DNA of 64,000 nt from Bdellovibrionales bacterium (GTDB lineage Bacteria; Bdellovibrionota; Bdellovibrionia; Bdellovibrionales; JAGQZY01). How positions within the stretch are numbered: position 1 is the stretch's first letter; each line of letters begins with the position of its first letter. Positions 8,631 through 19,300 of the stretch are shown one piece after another. The notes under the pieces are model-generated. The model did no database searches. It saw only the letters and a list, made by a program, of their open reading frames with translations, and was not told the origin of the DNA. The position numbers and the translations under genes are program-made. The stretch is taken from positions 862-64,861 of the forward strand of contig CAXRIX010000169.1 of NCBI GenBank assembly GCA_964230555.1, given 5' to 3'.

Positions 8631-9542
8631 ATGAATTTTCAACAATTAACGACATTTTGTACTGTTTTGGGTGAAGGCAGCATGACGGCTGCGGCCGAAA
8701 AGCTCTACCTTACTCAACCGGCTGTCAGCCAACAAATTCGCAATTTAGAAGAAGAGTTGAACGTCGAACTGTTGGTTCGCGGCTCACGCCAGGCCAAAGC
8801 AACGGCTCAGGGACAAATTCTTTACGACTACGCCAAGCGGATTATAGCTTTAAACCAGCAGGCCCAGGTTGCGATTCAAACCATTGGTGAAGCCATTCAA
8901 GGAACTTTGCGAATTGGAACATTGAATTCATTGGGCCTCTATATAATAAGCCCAGTTGTTGGTTTGTTTTTAAAACACAATTCAAAGCTCAACATCAAAT
9001 TAAACTATGAAGATGGTCTAACACTTATCGAACAATTTAAAAAAGATCAGTTGGACGTGATCATCATCCCCGATGCACTGGCCGAATACCAGGTGCCTTT
9101 GGAGAATGCTGATAAAAAACTTTTAATGAAAGACGAAATGTGGCTGGTGGGGACGAGTAAAGATTCTTCGATTCCTACAGATATTAAGTTGCAAGAGATT
9201 GATAGCAAACCGGTTGTGCGTTTGTCTGAAAAATTTCCCAGCTTTCAAGCCGCTTTGGGCAGTCAATTAGAGGCTGTGGATCCTAAGATCACCCCGGTTT
9301 TTGAAACCACCAACGTCGGGACTATTAAGCGAGTGATTGAATCGGGCCTTGGCTGGGGATTTTTACCGGCTCACAGCATTCGCAAACACGTCCGTACAGG
9401 CCGTATGTCGGCCGTTCCCATTGTCGACTTTCAATATCCAATGAACGTTCAGTTCTATTCGAAAAAAGATTGTGGCCCCGATCAGGCACGAGTTTTTGAT
9501 GTGTTCTATCGCGCCTTATTGCAACAGATTCAGAACAAGTAA
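8631..9542 (+). CDS. LysR family transcriptional regulator
   Basis: N-terminal HTH MNFQQLTTFCTVLGEGSMTAAAEKLYLTQPAVSQQIRNLEEEL. Its ~300 aa length is typical of LTTRs. Confidence 0.9.
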   Translation: MNFQQLTTFCTVLGEGSMTAAAEKLYLTQPAVSQQIRNLEEELNVELLVRGSRQAKATAQGQILYDYAKRIIALNQQAQVAIQTIGEAIQGTLRIGTLNSLGLYIISPVVGLFLKHNSKLNIKLNYEDGLTLIEQFKKDQLDVIIIPDALAEYQVPLENADKKLLMKDEMWLVGTSKDSSIPTDIKLQEIDSKPVVRLSEKFPSFQAALGSQLEAVDPKITPVFETTNVGTIKRVIESGLGWGFLPAHSIRKHVRTGRMSAVPIVDFQYPMNVQFYSKKDCGPDQARVFDVFYRALLQQIQNK

Positions 9543-9739
9543 ATATCAAGCAAAGCGGTGCTTGGGCTCACCAGCCTAGGCCCTATCAATTGAGCTGTCC
9601 GGGACTGATCCGATGGATCGAGCTTTCTTTTTGTTCCTACTATTTGTTTTATTGAGACTGATGACTACAAATTCGCGGTTTAAATAGGGGCTTGGTTTTA
9701 AGATTGGTAAGGAAAACGAGTAAGGCGGTTGATCCAAGA

Positions 9740-10594
9740 TTAAAAAACGTAGTTTTTATTTTTAATCCCCATGCGCTGGCAAACGATACGCGTGATTTCC
9801 GATGCGGTTTCCTCAAGAGCACGATCGGTTACATCTAAAACGGGCCATCGTTTGTATTTTTGGAAAATACCTTTGGCGTATTCAATCTCTTCAAAAATAT
9901 TGTCCAAACGAGCATATTGGCTGCCGGGGTCTTGGCCGAATTTTTCGAGTCGGTTTTTTCGAATTTTATGCAGAGAACTTGGGGCTATGGTGAGACCCAC
10001 AATTTTGCGTTGATCGATTTCAAAAAGTTGTTCTGGTAGGGGAGAGCCTTTGACCAAAGGAATATTCGCCACTCGCCAGCCTTTGTAGCCCAAAAACAAA
10101 CTCAAAGGTGTTTTGCTGGTTCGACTGATACCCACCAGAACAATGTCAGCTTTGTCCAAGTCGTTAGAGATTTTTCCATCGTCGTGTTTCACTGAAAACT
10201 CAATGGCTTCCACTCGGCGAAAATAGTTTTGATCGACCTCACGAAGTTTACCAGCCTCTCGATCATTGTTTTCAACATGTAGAAATTGATCGAGATTGCG
10301 GAGCAACGGGCCCAACAAATCGACCTGCAAGAGATTTTTTTCCGCGGCTTTTTCTTCTAAGTAACTGCGCAAACTGGGAGTCACAACTGTGTGGACAATC
10401 ATTGCGCCTCTTTTAAAAGCTTCGTTAATAACATTGTCGACCTGGGTTTCTGTGCGCACGTTTTTATTTCTTAATATATGAAAATCAAATTTTGAATAGT
10501 GGACAACAGCGGCACGGGTCATGATCGCGGCAGTTTCGCCGGTTCCATCTGAAATGATATAGATAAAAGCTTTTTTCTCTTCGGATTCACTCAT
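9740..10594 (-). CDS. ppsR: Pyruvate,water dikinase regulatory protein (kinase/pyrophosphorylase, DUF299)
   Basis: Contains IYIISDGTGETA and the VLVGISRTSKTPLS P-loop-like motif, in a ~280 aa protein. Confidence 0.8.
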   Translation of the reverse strand: MSESEEKKAFIYIISDGTGETAAIMTRAAVVHYSKFDFHILRNKNVRTETQVDNVINEAFKRGAMIVHTVVTPSLRSYLEEKAAEKNLLQVDLLGPLLRNLDQFLHVENNDREAGKLREVDQNYFRRVEAIEFSVKHDDGKISNDLDKADIVLVGISRTSKTPLSLFLGYKGWRVANIPLVKGSPLPEQLFEIDQRKIVGLTIAPSSLHKIRKNRLEKFGQDPGSQYARLDNIFEEIEYAKGIFQKYKRWPVLDVTDRALEETASEITRIVCQRMGIKNKNYVF

Positions 10595-11016
10595 TTCGAA
10601 GAAGCCACTTCCTGATGATAAATCTGGTCGAGGATTCCGTTGATGAAGCTCTTTGATTCAGAGGAACTGTACTTTTTAGACAGATCGAGAATGTCGGTCA
10701 TGCAGATTTTCGGTGGGGTCGGCGTGTCTTCTGAAAAGCAAAGCTCAAAGATAGCCAGTTGTAAAAGAATTTTATCAATCATGGCAATACGATCCAGTTT
10801 CCAGTTCTGACTGTGCTCTTCAATTTTTGAGTTCAGTGCCGCTTCGTTGTCGATGACACTTTGAACTAGGAACAGGGCGTAGTCCCGCGTTTCGTTGTCA
10901 AAAGAGAAATTGTCGACAAAGGAATTGAATAATTCCTCGCCGGTACTTCCTTGTTGAAAGCTTTGTTGAAATAAAACTTGGAGGGCGGCTTCTCGGGCGG
11001 TGCGCAGTGCTTTCAT
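10591..11016 (-). CDS. nusB: Transcription antitermination factor NusB
   Basis: RTAREAALQVLFQ N-terminus, 141 aa. It has 4-nt overlaps with both neighbours. Confidence 0.85.
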   Translation of the reverse strand: MKALRTAREAALQVLFQQSFQQGSTGEELFNSFVDNFSFDNETRDYALFLVQSVIDNEAALNSKIEEHSQNWKLDRIAMIDKILLQLAIFELCFSEDTPTPPKICMTDILDLSKKYSSSESKSFINGILDQIYHQEVASSK

Positions 11017-11483
11017 ATTGTGAAGTCTTTTCTTTGCAAGTTGGGGTCAGATAAGTCAGCTAAAAATTCAGAAACATCTTTAAAGGTTTTGTACACACTG
11101 GCAAAGCGGACGTAGGCGACTTCATCCACTTTCTTCAGCTCTTCCATGACAAAATGCCCGATCATGTCGGTGGTCATTTCTTTATCAGCATGCTCGACCA
11201 CCCAACCAGTGACTTTTTCTACCATGTGCTCGATCTTCGAGGAACTGATGGGGCGCTTCTGACAAGCGGCCTTGATTCCACCCAGTAGCTTTTCTGGAGA
11301 AAACGGCTCGCGGCGTCCGTCTTTCTTTACGACCATAGGCAGACTAATCACAATTGTTTCAACTGTGGTGAAGCGAGCCGCACATTTTTCACACTCACGG
11401 CGGCGGCGAGTGGATTCGCCGTCTTTTTGGCTTCGGGTATCTAAAACCTTGGTATTCAATGAGTGGCAGTGCGGACATTTCAT
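11013..11483 (-). CDS. nrdR: Transcriptional repressor NrdR
   Basis: MKCPHCHSLNTKVLDTR...RRRRECEKCAARFTTVE zinc ribbon plus an ATP-cone. Start set at the canonical MKCP Met (11483) rather than the tracked 11519. Confidence 0.9.
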   Translation of the reverse strand: MKCPHCHSLNTKVLDTRSQKDGESTRRRRECEKCAARFTTVETIVISLPMVVKKDGRREPFSPEKLLGGIKAACQKRPISSSKIEHMVEKVTGWVVEHADKEMTTDMIGHFVMEELKKVDEVAYVRFASVYKTFKDVSEFLADLSDPNLQRKDFTI

Positions 11484-11605
11484 CAAGACAAAAGTATGAG
11501 ATCCGTGGGGTTTGGTCAAGACTCAGGCCGCCGCTGACCACGCCTAAGGGCCTTGATTGACTAGCATTGCTGTCAAATTTGCGCCAGTGGATTTAAAATA
11601 AAGAG

Positions 11606-12226
11606 ATGACGAAGACTCCCCTCCTGTTATTTCTTATCTTAGCTTGTCTTCCAACCGGGGCGATGGCTGTTGAGACCGGAAAAACCGCGGCCATGAAGTA
11701 CTTTACCAAAAAATCAAAGCGACAGGTGGTCACCCGAGCACCGGCCAGGGCAAGCACGTCGGGGGCCTTGGTGGGCGATCAGATTCTGGCCGTGGCTGTC
11801 GGCAGCCTGGTGAACACCCAGTCTTACAACTGGGCCGAAGAATCGACCCCTGGCTGGAATGTCGAAGCTTTTTATCAACGAGCTGGAGACGGCTATTTTG
11901 GCCATGGCTATCACCTGGATCTGCAAAAATTTGCCAGCGGTAATGAAGAGCTTACAAAGCTGTCCTTTCTTTTTAGTCTGACTTTTCCTCGCCGTTTGAG
12001 CTTTCCGGTTTACATCGGGGTGGCAGCCGGACCGGGTTACTTTTTAAAGCAAAAAGAGAACGAATCTCACTTTGCCTTTGATTACAAAGGCTATGTTGGT
12101 TTGAGGCTGAATCAAGTGCACAGTCAGTATTTCGTACAAAGTGGTGTTAAAAACCATGTTCATGTGCTAAGTGACGGGCAGTTCATTGGATGGTTTGTTT
12201 CCTCAGGAGTGGCCTACACGTTTTGA
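11606..12226 (+). CDS. Putative outer-membrane beta-barrel protein
   Basis: Signal peptide (LACLPTGAMA), alternating aromatic/Gly-rich strands, and a C-terminal ...SSGVAYTF beta-signal-like end. Confidence 0.45.
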   Translation: MTKTPLLLFLILACLPTGAMAVETGKTAAMKYFTKKSKRQVVTRAPARASTSGALVGDQILAVAVGSLVNTQSYNWAEESTPGWNVEAFYQRAGDGYFGHGYHLDLQKFASGNEELTKLSFLFSLTFPRRLSFPVYIGVAAGPGYFLKQKENESHFAFDYKGYVGLRLNQVHSQYFVQSGVKNHVHVLSDGQFIGWFVSSGVAYTF

Positions 12227-13413
12227 AATACCACAGACATTTACTACAAAGTTGTACTGACGCCCTTGGTGCGATCTTTTATGAAGATCGTTACGCTGAC
12301 AAATGTATCGAATACTACCTTCGGAATAACAAAAAGTGGGGCGGTCGAGACCGTCGATTTTTTGCCGAGACTGTCTACGACTGTGTTCGTTGGTGGAGCA
12401 GGGATTGGGCGATCATCGGGCAGAAACCGACTCGTCCGGACTTGGCGTTTCTGAGCGTCAGCTTTTGGCGACGAGGCATGCCGCTGCCAGATTTTCCAGA
12501 GTTTGAAAACGTTTCTTACATGGAATTTGCCAAAAGCGCGGCCCATTTAACAGAGCCTCATATTCAGCAGGCCTTTCCTCGCTGGCTTTATAAAAAAGTG
12601 CACACCGAGTTGGGGGACTTTTGGCATGAGGTGGCTCCGTATTTTAATGTGACCAATCAACTTGTTATTCGTGCCAACACCCAGAAAATTTCACGCCAGG
12701 AGCTCATAAAAAAACTAGCGGAACAGGATATTCAAGGACAAGCTCTGCAAGGTACTGATGCGGGCATTGTTATTTTTGAGCGGACCAATATTTTTCGCTT
12801 AGAACTGTTTCGAAAGGGATTCTTTGAAGTTCAAGATGGCGCTAGTCAACAAGTGGCCCCTTACATGCAGATTGAGCCAGGTCAACGGGTGATCGATGCT
12901 TGTGCCGGTGCTGGCGGCAAGACTTTGCACATTGCTGATTTGATGCAAAACAAAGGTAAGATCGTCAGTCTTGATATCCATCAATGGAAATTGGATCAAC
13001 TGAAGTTGCGAGCCCGCCGCAATAGTTATTCCAATATTGAAATGAAGACGATAGAGGGCTCAAAAACCATAAAGAGAATGAAGGGAACCGCCGATCGACT
13101 GCTCTTAGATGTGCCTTGCACAGGCTTGGGCGTTCTTCGTCGCAATCCCGATACCAAATGGAAGCTCACCGACCAGTCGATCAAAGAGGTGATTGAGTTG
13201 CAAAAACAATTGCTACAAGATTACAGCCCAATGGTTAAGTCGGGTGGTCTCATGCTGTATTCCACTTGCAGTGTGTTGCCATCGGAGAACCAAGGGCAGA
13301 TCGAAGGATTCTTGCAAAGCCATTCGGAGTTTACTCTTCTAAAGCAGCGTCATCTCTATCCTACACGACCCGGGTTTGATGGTTTTTTTATGGCGTTGTT
13401 ACAGAAAAATTAG
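12190..13413 (+). CDS. rsmB: 16S rRNA (cytosine-C5)-methyltransferase, RsmB/NOL1/NOP2/Sun family
   Basis: SAM motif DACAGAGGKT and catalytic Cys motifs DVPCTGLGVLRRNPD and YSTCS. The start is uncertain: ATG 12190 overlaps the upstream gene by 37 nt, and an in-frame TTG at 12223 is an alternative. Confidence 0.8.
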   Translation: MVCFLRSGLHVLKYHRHLLQSCTDALGAIFYEDRYADKCIEYYLRNNKKWGGRDRRFFAETVYDCVRWWSRDWAIIGQKPTRPDLAFLSVSFWRRGMPLPDFPEFENVSYMEFAKSAAHLTEPHIQQAFPRWLYKKVHTELGDFWHEVAPYFNVTNQLVIRANTQKISRQELIKKLAEQDIQGQALQGTDAGIVIFERTNIFRLELFRKGFFEVQDGASQQVAPYMQIEPGQRVIDACAGAGGKTLHIADLMQNKGKIVSLDIHQWKLDQLKLRARRNSYSNIEMKTIEGSKTIKRMKGTADRLLLDVPCTGLGVLRRNPDTKWKLTDQSIKEVIELQKQLLQDYSPMVKSGGLMLYSTCSVLPSENQGQIEGFLQSHSEFTLLKQRHLYPTRPGFDGFFMALLQKN

Positions 13414-16355
13414 AACGTTCCAATGGCCAGGTGGACCGCGATATCGGATTCCTTATCGTAGTATGTTCCACCCAATTTTCGGTCTAACTTATAACCCAAT
13501 TGAATGACGAAAGCGCCCACCGGAGTGTCATAGCTAAAACCAAAGCCAACTGAATCTCGATAAGGGTCTTCCAAGCTGAATTCACCAAGAATGACGGCGC
13601 CTCCATCGTAAAAGACAAGACCACCAAAGTTTCCGGAAATGGGAAAGCGAAGTTCTGATTTAAAAAGAACGAAAGCCGAGTCGTCGCGAGTAAAGATATC
13701 ATCGAATCGACATTGGCTGGTCTGTTGATCGGGAGTGATCAAGCCTTGTTTGATACAAAGCTCTCGTTGTCCGGGCACAGTTTCAGTCGTACCTATGGAA
13801 AAACCGCGAATCGTCGAACTTCCTCCTAAGAAAAAGGATCGCACGGGTGGTACGCCAGAGTCGTCACGACTACTAATGTTGCGCAAATAGCCACCTCTTA
13901 AAGAGTTGGTCCAAACCCATCGTTTACTCTTAGTCAAAGGGGTGTAGTGAGTCGTTGAAAATGTTGTTCTATAGTAGTTGATTTCGCTACGGGCGTCTCG
14001 ACGCAAACCGGTCACTGGATCACGGCCATCGACATTAGGGTTGTCTCGCGAACTACCAATAAGAGGATCCGAGTATTCAAAATCAATACGGGTGATGGTT
14101 CCATCCGTTGGTAAAAACTGATCGTTACGATAATCAATTTCAAGCAGCGGCCCAGTGGTTCCGATGTTCTGAACGACGATCTCATCGGATTGCTGATTAC
14201 TGTCACTGGCAAAGAATGATTCTTGATTTACGAATCCCCAGACATTGTAGGTAAAGCGCCAATGTTTATTGAATTCCTTTTCGGTTGAAAAACGAAGCTC
14301 ATTGGACGATCGAATAATCGGTTGCCCAAAGTTAAAGGAATACAACGCCTGTTCGCGCACCAGAGACACTCGGCCCCGAAGACGGTCTTCGGTCAGATAG
14401 GGCTCGTAATAGGCCAGGGCGACTCGGTTTTGAACGTAGTACACTTGATCTTCGTAGCGAAGGTCAACGCGGGCACTCACACCGCGGGCTTTGCCTCCAA
14501 GGTTATTATAGAGTGCGCCCACGTATCCACGACTGGCAAGGCGCCCTTCATTAAGGATACCGACACCCGAGGAAAACAGACCTGGCTTTCTTTCTTCAAC
14601 ATCAACAACGATGGTTCGATTGCCATCAGGTGACCCTTGCTCAAGAGAGCGGATATCAACTTTCCCAAAAATACCGGTTCGTTCGAGGCGATCCAAAGAG
14701 TTGGTCAGTCTTTCAAGGGTTAGTAAATCACCGGCTTTAAAATCAAGTTCGCGAATAACAACATACTGTTTGGTCTTTTGAGTGCCATTGACTCGAATCG
14801 ATTTAACTCTGATTTTTGGACCCTCACTGACCTGGTAGACCAAGTCAGCGTAGGGTTGACCTTTTTTATACTGGATCACTGTTGCATTCCGGTTCTTAAT
14901 TTGAAACTCAAGGTAGCCCTTTGTGCGATAGAAATTTTCCAACCGGTCAAAGCTGTCTTCGACTTCGGAAATATTCAGTGGTTTGTTGGCCTCAATTTTT
15001 ACAGTCTCTTTAAGCTCAATATTGCTAAAAGATTTTGAGCCGCGGAATAAAATTTGCCGTACGTACGTTAAGATTCCTTCGTCAATTTGGATGGTGATTC
15101 GGGCTGTATCTTGGTCGGTGATTTCAGCATTGACTGAAAGCAGTTCAGCCACCAAATGCCCTTGTCTTTTAAGGTGTACCACCATGGCCTCGGCCGCGTG
15201 TTCGATATCTTTTTTCACGTAATAGACAGAGTGAGCCTCTTTGGCTAGGAACTCATTGAATAAATCTACATAATACGATTTCTTTCGAGAAATCTTGCCA
15301 ACAACTTCGACATCGCCAATTCGAATGCGAGGACCTTCATTAATCTTGAATACAAAAACTCGCTTCTGCGATTCTTCAAAATATCTTTCTGAGCTTTTGA
15401 CTTCTATCTTAGGAAACCCATTCTCTAGATAGGTATCCATAACAGCCTCTTCAATCTCCGAGCTGGAGTCACTCAGGTAAAGAAATTTACTACCGATTCC
15501 ACTTTGTTTTAAAAGGTCAAAATGCGAGAAAAATTCATTTCCATGAAACACAAACTCGTATTGGACGGCATTCGTGATTGTAAACTTTAATTTCACTCGG
15601 GTTTTGTTCTGATTAAAGATAGTGGCTGTATTTTGAATCTTTGCGGTTAGAAATCGATTTTCTAGAAGAAGCTCATTTAATCTTTTTTCGATGACACTTG
15701 TGGTTTCCTTTTGATAACTGGTGTTTTCAAACTGTGGAATCAGTTCTTTCACTCTTTTGTTAAGGTACCTGTTTTTCGAGAAAACTTGGACATCCTCAAT
15801 AATACAGTAGTCTGACTCGCTGATATCAATTTTTAAAGTTAAACCGTCCTCAGTAAGGTTTTTTGAATACTCCAAGTTAAAGTTAAAAAAACCAGAGCTC
15901 TGATAAAGTTTTTTAATTTTATCAATGGCTTGCACTATCTCGATATTGCTAAGGACCTGCCCGGTTTCAATACCCATTGTTTCAATCAACTCTTGGTTAT
16001 TGTATGAACCGTTTCCGGTAATCTCAATTTTCTTGAGTTTAATCGACTGCTGAGCTCGGATGACAACCAATCCAGAGCTCACCTGCTCGGCATACACAAC
16101 CTGGAAAAGGCCGTCTTGCGAGATTTCACGTATGATCTCGTCCAAGTCGGACAAAGATAAGTCTTTATCCTTGTAGGATTGGGTGAGCCTTTCAATAATG
16201 GGGATGCCCGAGTTTTTCAATCGATACTGAGCCTTTAGGCTTTGCGAAAATACAACAACTGCAAGGAAGACCATCAAAAGAGGACTGAGACCTCCAACCC
16301 TGGTCGGGCCTGACAATTGTTTTTTGGAATAATCACGCAAGCTCTGCCACATCAT
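13410..16355 (-). CDS. Omp85-family outer membrane protein assembly factor (BamA/TamA-like) with a long POTRA-type N-terminal region
   Basis: Signal peptide, then ~600 aa of repeated POTRA-like modules (e.g. IKSIRVNGTQKTKQYVVIRELDFKAGDLL), then a C-terminal barrel ending ...HLAIGTF. The start overlaps the tamB-like stop by 1 nt (TAATG). Confidence 0.85.
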   Translation of the reverse strand: MMWQSLRDYSKKQLSGPTRVGGLSPLLMVFLAVVVFSQSLKAQYRLKNSGIPIIERLTQSYKDKDLSLSDLDEIIREISQDGLFQVVYAEQVSSGLVVIRAQQSIKLKKIEITGNGSYNNQELIETMGIETGQVLSNIEIVQAIDKIKKLYQSSGFFNFNLEYSKNLTEDGLTLKIDISESDYCIIEDVQVFSKNRYLNKRVKELIPQFENTSYQKETTSVIEKRLNELLLENRFLTAKIQNTATIFNQNKTRVKLKFTITNAVQYEFVFHGNEFFSHFDLLKQSGIGSKFLYLSDSSSEIEEAVMDTYLENGFPKIEVKSSERYFEESQKRVFVFKINEGPRIRIGDVEVVGKISRKKSYYVDLFNEFLAKEAHSVYYVKKDIEHAAEAMVVHLKRQGHLVAELLSVNAEITDQDTARITIQIDEGILTYVRQILFRGSKSFSNIELKETVKIEANKPLNISEVEDSFDRLENFYRTKGYLEFQIKNRNATVIQYKKGQPYADLVYQVSEGPKIRVKSIRVNGTQKTKQYVVIRELDFKAGDLLTLERLTNSLDRLERTGIFGKVDIRSLEQGSPDGNRTIVVDVEERKPGLFSSGVGILNEGRLASRGYVGALYNNLGGKARGVSARVDLRYEDQVYYVQNRVALAYYEPYLTEDRLRGRVSLVREQALYSFNFGQPIIRSSNELRFSTEKEFNKHWRFTYNVWGFVNQESFFASDSNQQSDEIVVQNIGTTGPLLEIDYRNDQFLPTDGTITRIDFEYSDPLIGSSRDNPNVDGRDPVTGLRRDARSEINYYRTTFSTTHYTPLTKSKRWVWTNSLRGGYLRNISSRDDSGVPPVRSFFLGGSSTIRGFSIGTTETVPGQRELCIKQGLITPDQQTSQCRFDDIFTRDDSAFVLFKSELRFPISGNFGGLVFYDGGAVILGEFSLEDPYRDSVGFGFSYDTPVGAFVIQLGYKLDRKLGGTYYDKESDIAVHLAIGTF

Positions 16356-19300
16356 TAATCAAACTCCACACGGTATTCTAAATCAACACCAAAGGGGTTT
16401 GATTGTCTCACATTACTATTGCTATTGATATTGTTTGTATCATCGGGACGGTTGGTGATTCTAAAAATTGTCGAAAGATCATTATTTAACTCGTAGGTGA
16501 CGCGCCCTTCTTGTTGATTGGTGTTGCCCGTTGTCGCCGAGACCGACACTTGCAATTTTTTGCTGACTTTGCGTCGAAGAGTGACTTTTGGTACAGCCGC
16601 ATTGTTTTGGTCATCAAATGATGAGGAAAACTGCACGTCGACGTCATACCTTTCTTTGAGTTCTTTTCCTAACGGGTTATTACTAAGCAATGATGTCCCG
16701 ACTTCGAACCCCTGAGTTTCGTTATTATTGACGCCAGTTCCGTTGTTATTGACTCCAGTGGTGCTGTTGTTCTGATTGAACTGATCGGGGAGAGTGCCAA
16801 GCGCTAGCATCGATACAATTTGTGATTCCGGAAGCGGCGGTTGGCTGGACCAATTTAATACGGGTTTGGTGGCCCGTCCCTGAAGAAAGAGTTCAATGTC
16901 ATAACCTTGCATTCGAGTTTGCGAGCGCAAAGACAGTTTGGGGTTGATCGGCGTCTGGCCTTCAAATACAAAACTCGAAGAGGTCACCTCAAATTCTTGA
17001 TCTCGGAAACGAATGATGGCGTTCTCATCAAAATGCGCCTCCCCTTTGATTCTTGGCGCATCAATTTTGTCAAAAACCTTAATATCGCCCAGAATGTAGC
17101 CCTCAACCAAATTATTACGAACTTCGACTGGGTTCTTGGTGTGAATATCCAGATTGAGGATCAATGGAGACGTTATTTCTTTTTTCAGAAGTTCTTCTAG
17201 TAAATCGGTGGACTCGCCGCCGCCGCCCTGATCGAAGTTGCTGTCGATCAGACCTTCTAAAACATTGTATTCGCCGGCCAAAAGAAAAGGTGGTTTACTT
17301 CCTGACAGGCTAATTGTGCCATTGCCAGAGGTGCGAAATCCCTCCGGAAAGTCTATTGTGACATTTTCCATACTGGTGTTTACGAATAGATCGAATTCGC
17401 CATCACCAGGAAATTTGACTTCACCGTTGCCTAAAACGTTGCCACCAGCCAATTCACCAGAAATGGAATTGATTAGGACTCGGTTTTGGTTGAAAAGAAT
17501 ATCGGCAGAAAGATTCTCAAAAGCATGGGGAAAGCCTGGGAATTTCAGGAAACTGTCAGTGGTGTAACTTGATCCAATGAGTTTGAAGTCAGAATGATTC
17601 AAGCTGAGCTCCAGACGAACGGTACTATAACCATCGACTTTCTCGATAAATGGGGCAAAGATCTTAAAAAAGGCAATGTTGATTCTTGAATTGATAATAA
17701 ACTTGGTGCGAAACTTCTCGGTATAGGCCTGATTCACTTTGATGTGTTGCCTATTCCCAATAAAGCTTATTTCGTTTAAGAAAAGCTGGCCATTCTTTAA
17801 CTCGATGTTGGTGGGTATGGTTGTTTCCATCTTATTGGATTTGTATTCAAACTTTACATTACTGATAGTCGATGAGAATTCAGAATTCCAAAAATTTTTA
17901 GTATCGAACTTTCCAGAAAGCTCACCGGAGGTATGGATCATATAGCTGCGGGTCGCCTCTTCTGAAACCGCATATCCAAGAAGGGGAGCGACATCAAATT
18001 CCTTAGCATTGAGATTGATAAAAATAGAATCAAAAGATGATTCTGGAAACAAAACAAGGAGCTCTAAATTCTCAGGTATATTGAATTGTAAGTTGGTTTG
18101 CTTATTCGAGTTATCATAGCTGAATATGGCATCATCGTATTTCTTTTTGTTGAAGATCAGATTGGTGATCTCTGCCGAAGTTTTAATAGTGGGATTACCA
18201 AGATTACCCAGTATTTTTCCCTTGGCGGTAAATTCTCCTGAAATCGGTATGTTGTACTCTTTCAGTCGAGACGATAACTGTAAAAAACCCTGGCTCACAA
18301 CAAATGACAGTTGGCTTTCTAGTTCGGTGTCAAGAGTACCGCGCAACTGAAACTCTGTTTTCTCTTTCTGCAGTTGACCTTCTTGAATGATGATAATTCC
18401 ATCAACCGCTTGGGCTTTGATTCGCGCTTCATTGTAGTCTTCACCAAAGGCCTTGCCTTTAAAAAGCCGAGCATCCAGTTTAAAATTAAGTTGGGAGATC
18501 TCAAATGGAGTATCGAGCTGGATCCTGCCAGATCCCGATCCTAAGAATCGATCTTGCAAATCGACCTTTTTCAAAATCGCTTGCTGGACATCAGCCATTC
18601 GGAAAAATGGCAGTTGAATGTCGCCGACTATTTTTTCTTCAATGAGGTCAACTTGGAGGGTGCCTTTATAGCGTGTCGATTCAAGGCTACCTTCCAGTGG
18701 GTTAAAATAGAGACTTCCAGATTTGTAGTTGAGAGTGGACTTCATATTACCGAAAAAGTAATTTTCAAATTCAAAATTTTCAGCCTCGATTTCCATTCCA
18801 AAAATGGCCGATCGGCTATCACCTTTAGTAAAACCTTCAGTTTTTGCCATTCCCAAAAATTTGAGGTCAGCAATCGGGCCAATTTCTGAGAAATCGAGTC
18901 GATCACTTTTGTATTTGATGTCAAATCCTTTACTGAAATCAATGGTGCCTGAGGATTCACCCTGAGTTTCATTTAGTTTTGCTTGAGCTTTATAGGAAAT
19001 AGCTTTTTCAGTGATCACCACCGTACCTGCAATATCAATTTTTTTTGCGGTGACGATGTTCTTGCTGCGTCCTTTGTTTTGAATTTTTAAGTCACTAACA
19101 GTCAATGCACCCGGACATTGAATATTCAATGTTTTTTCGTAAGAACCATTGCACTTTAGTTGTCCACCCACCTTTAACCATACTGGAATGTCAGCAATAG
19201 TCGATTGTTTTAAAAAGCTGTGGAGTTGTGCGTTTTCAACATTTAGATCTGCTGAAAGCGTTGTCTTTTCATCAATATTAACTTTAGCGTTGGAGATGAT

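Noticed and set aside
11484-11519. Tracked 5' extension of nrdR
   Set aside because: NrdR proteins begin at the MKCP zinc-ribbon Met, and the 12 extra residues have no counterpart.
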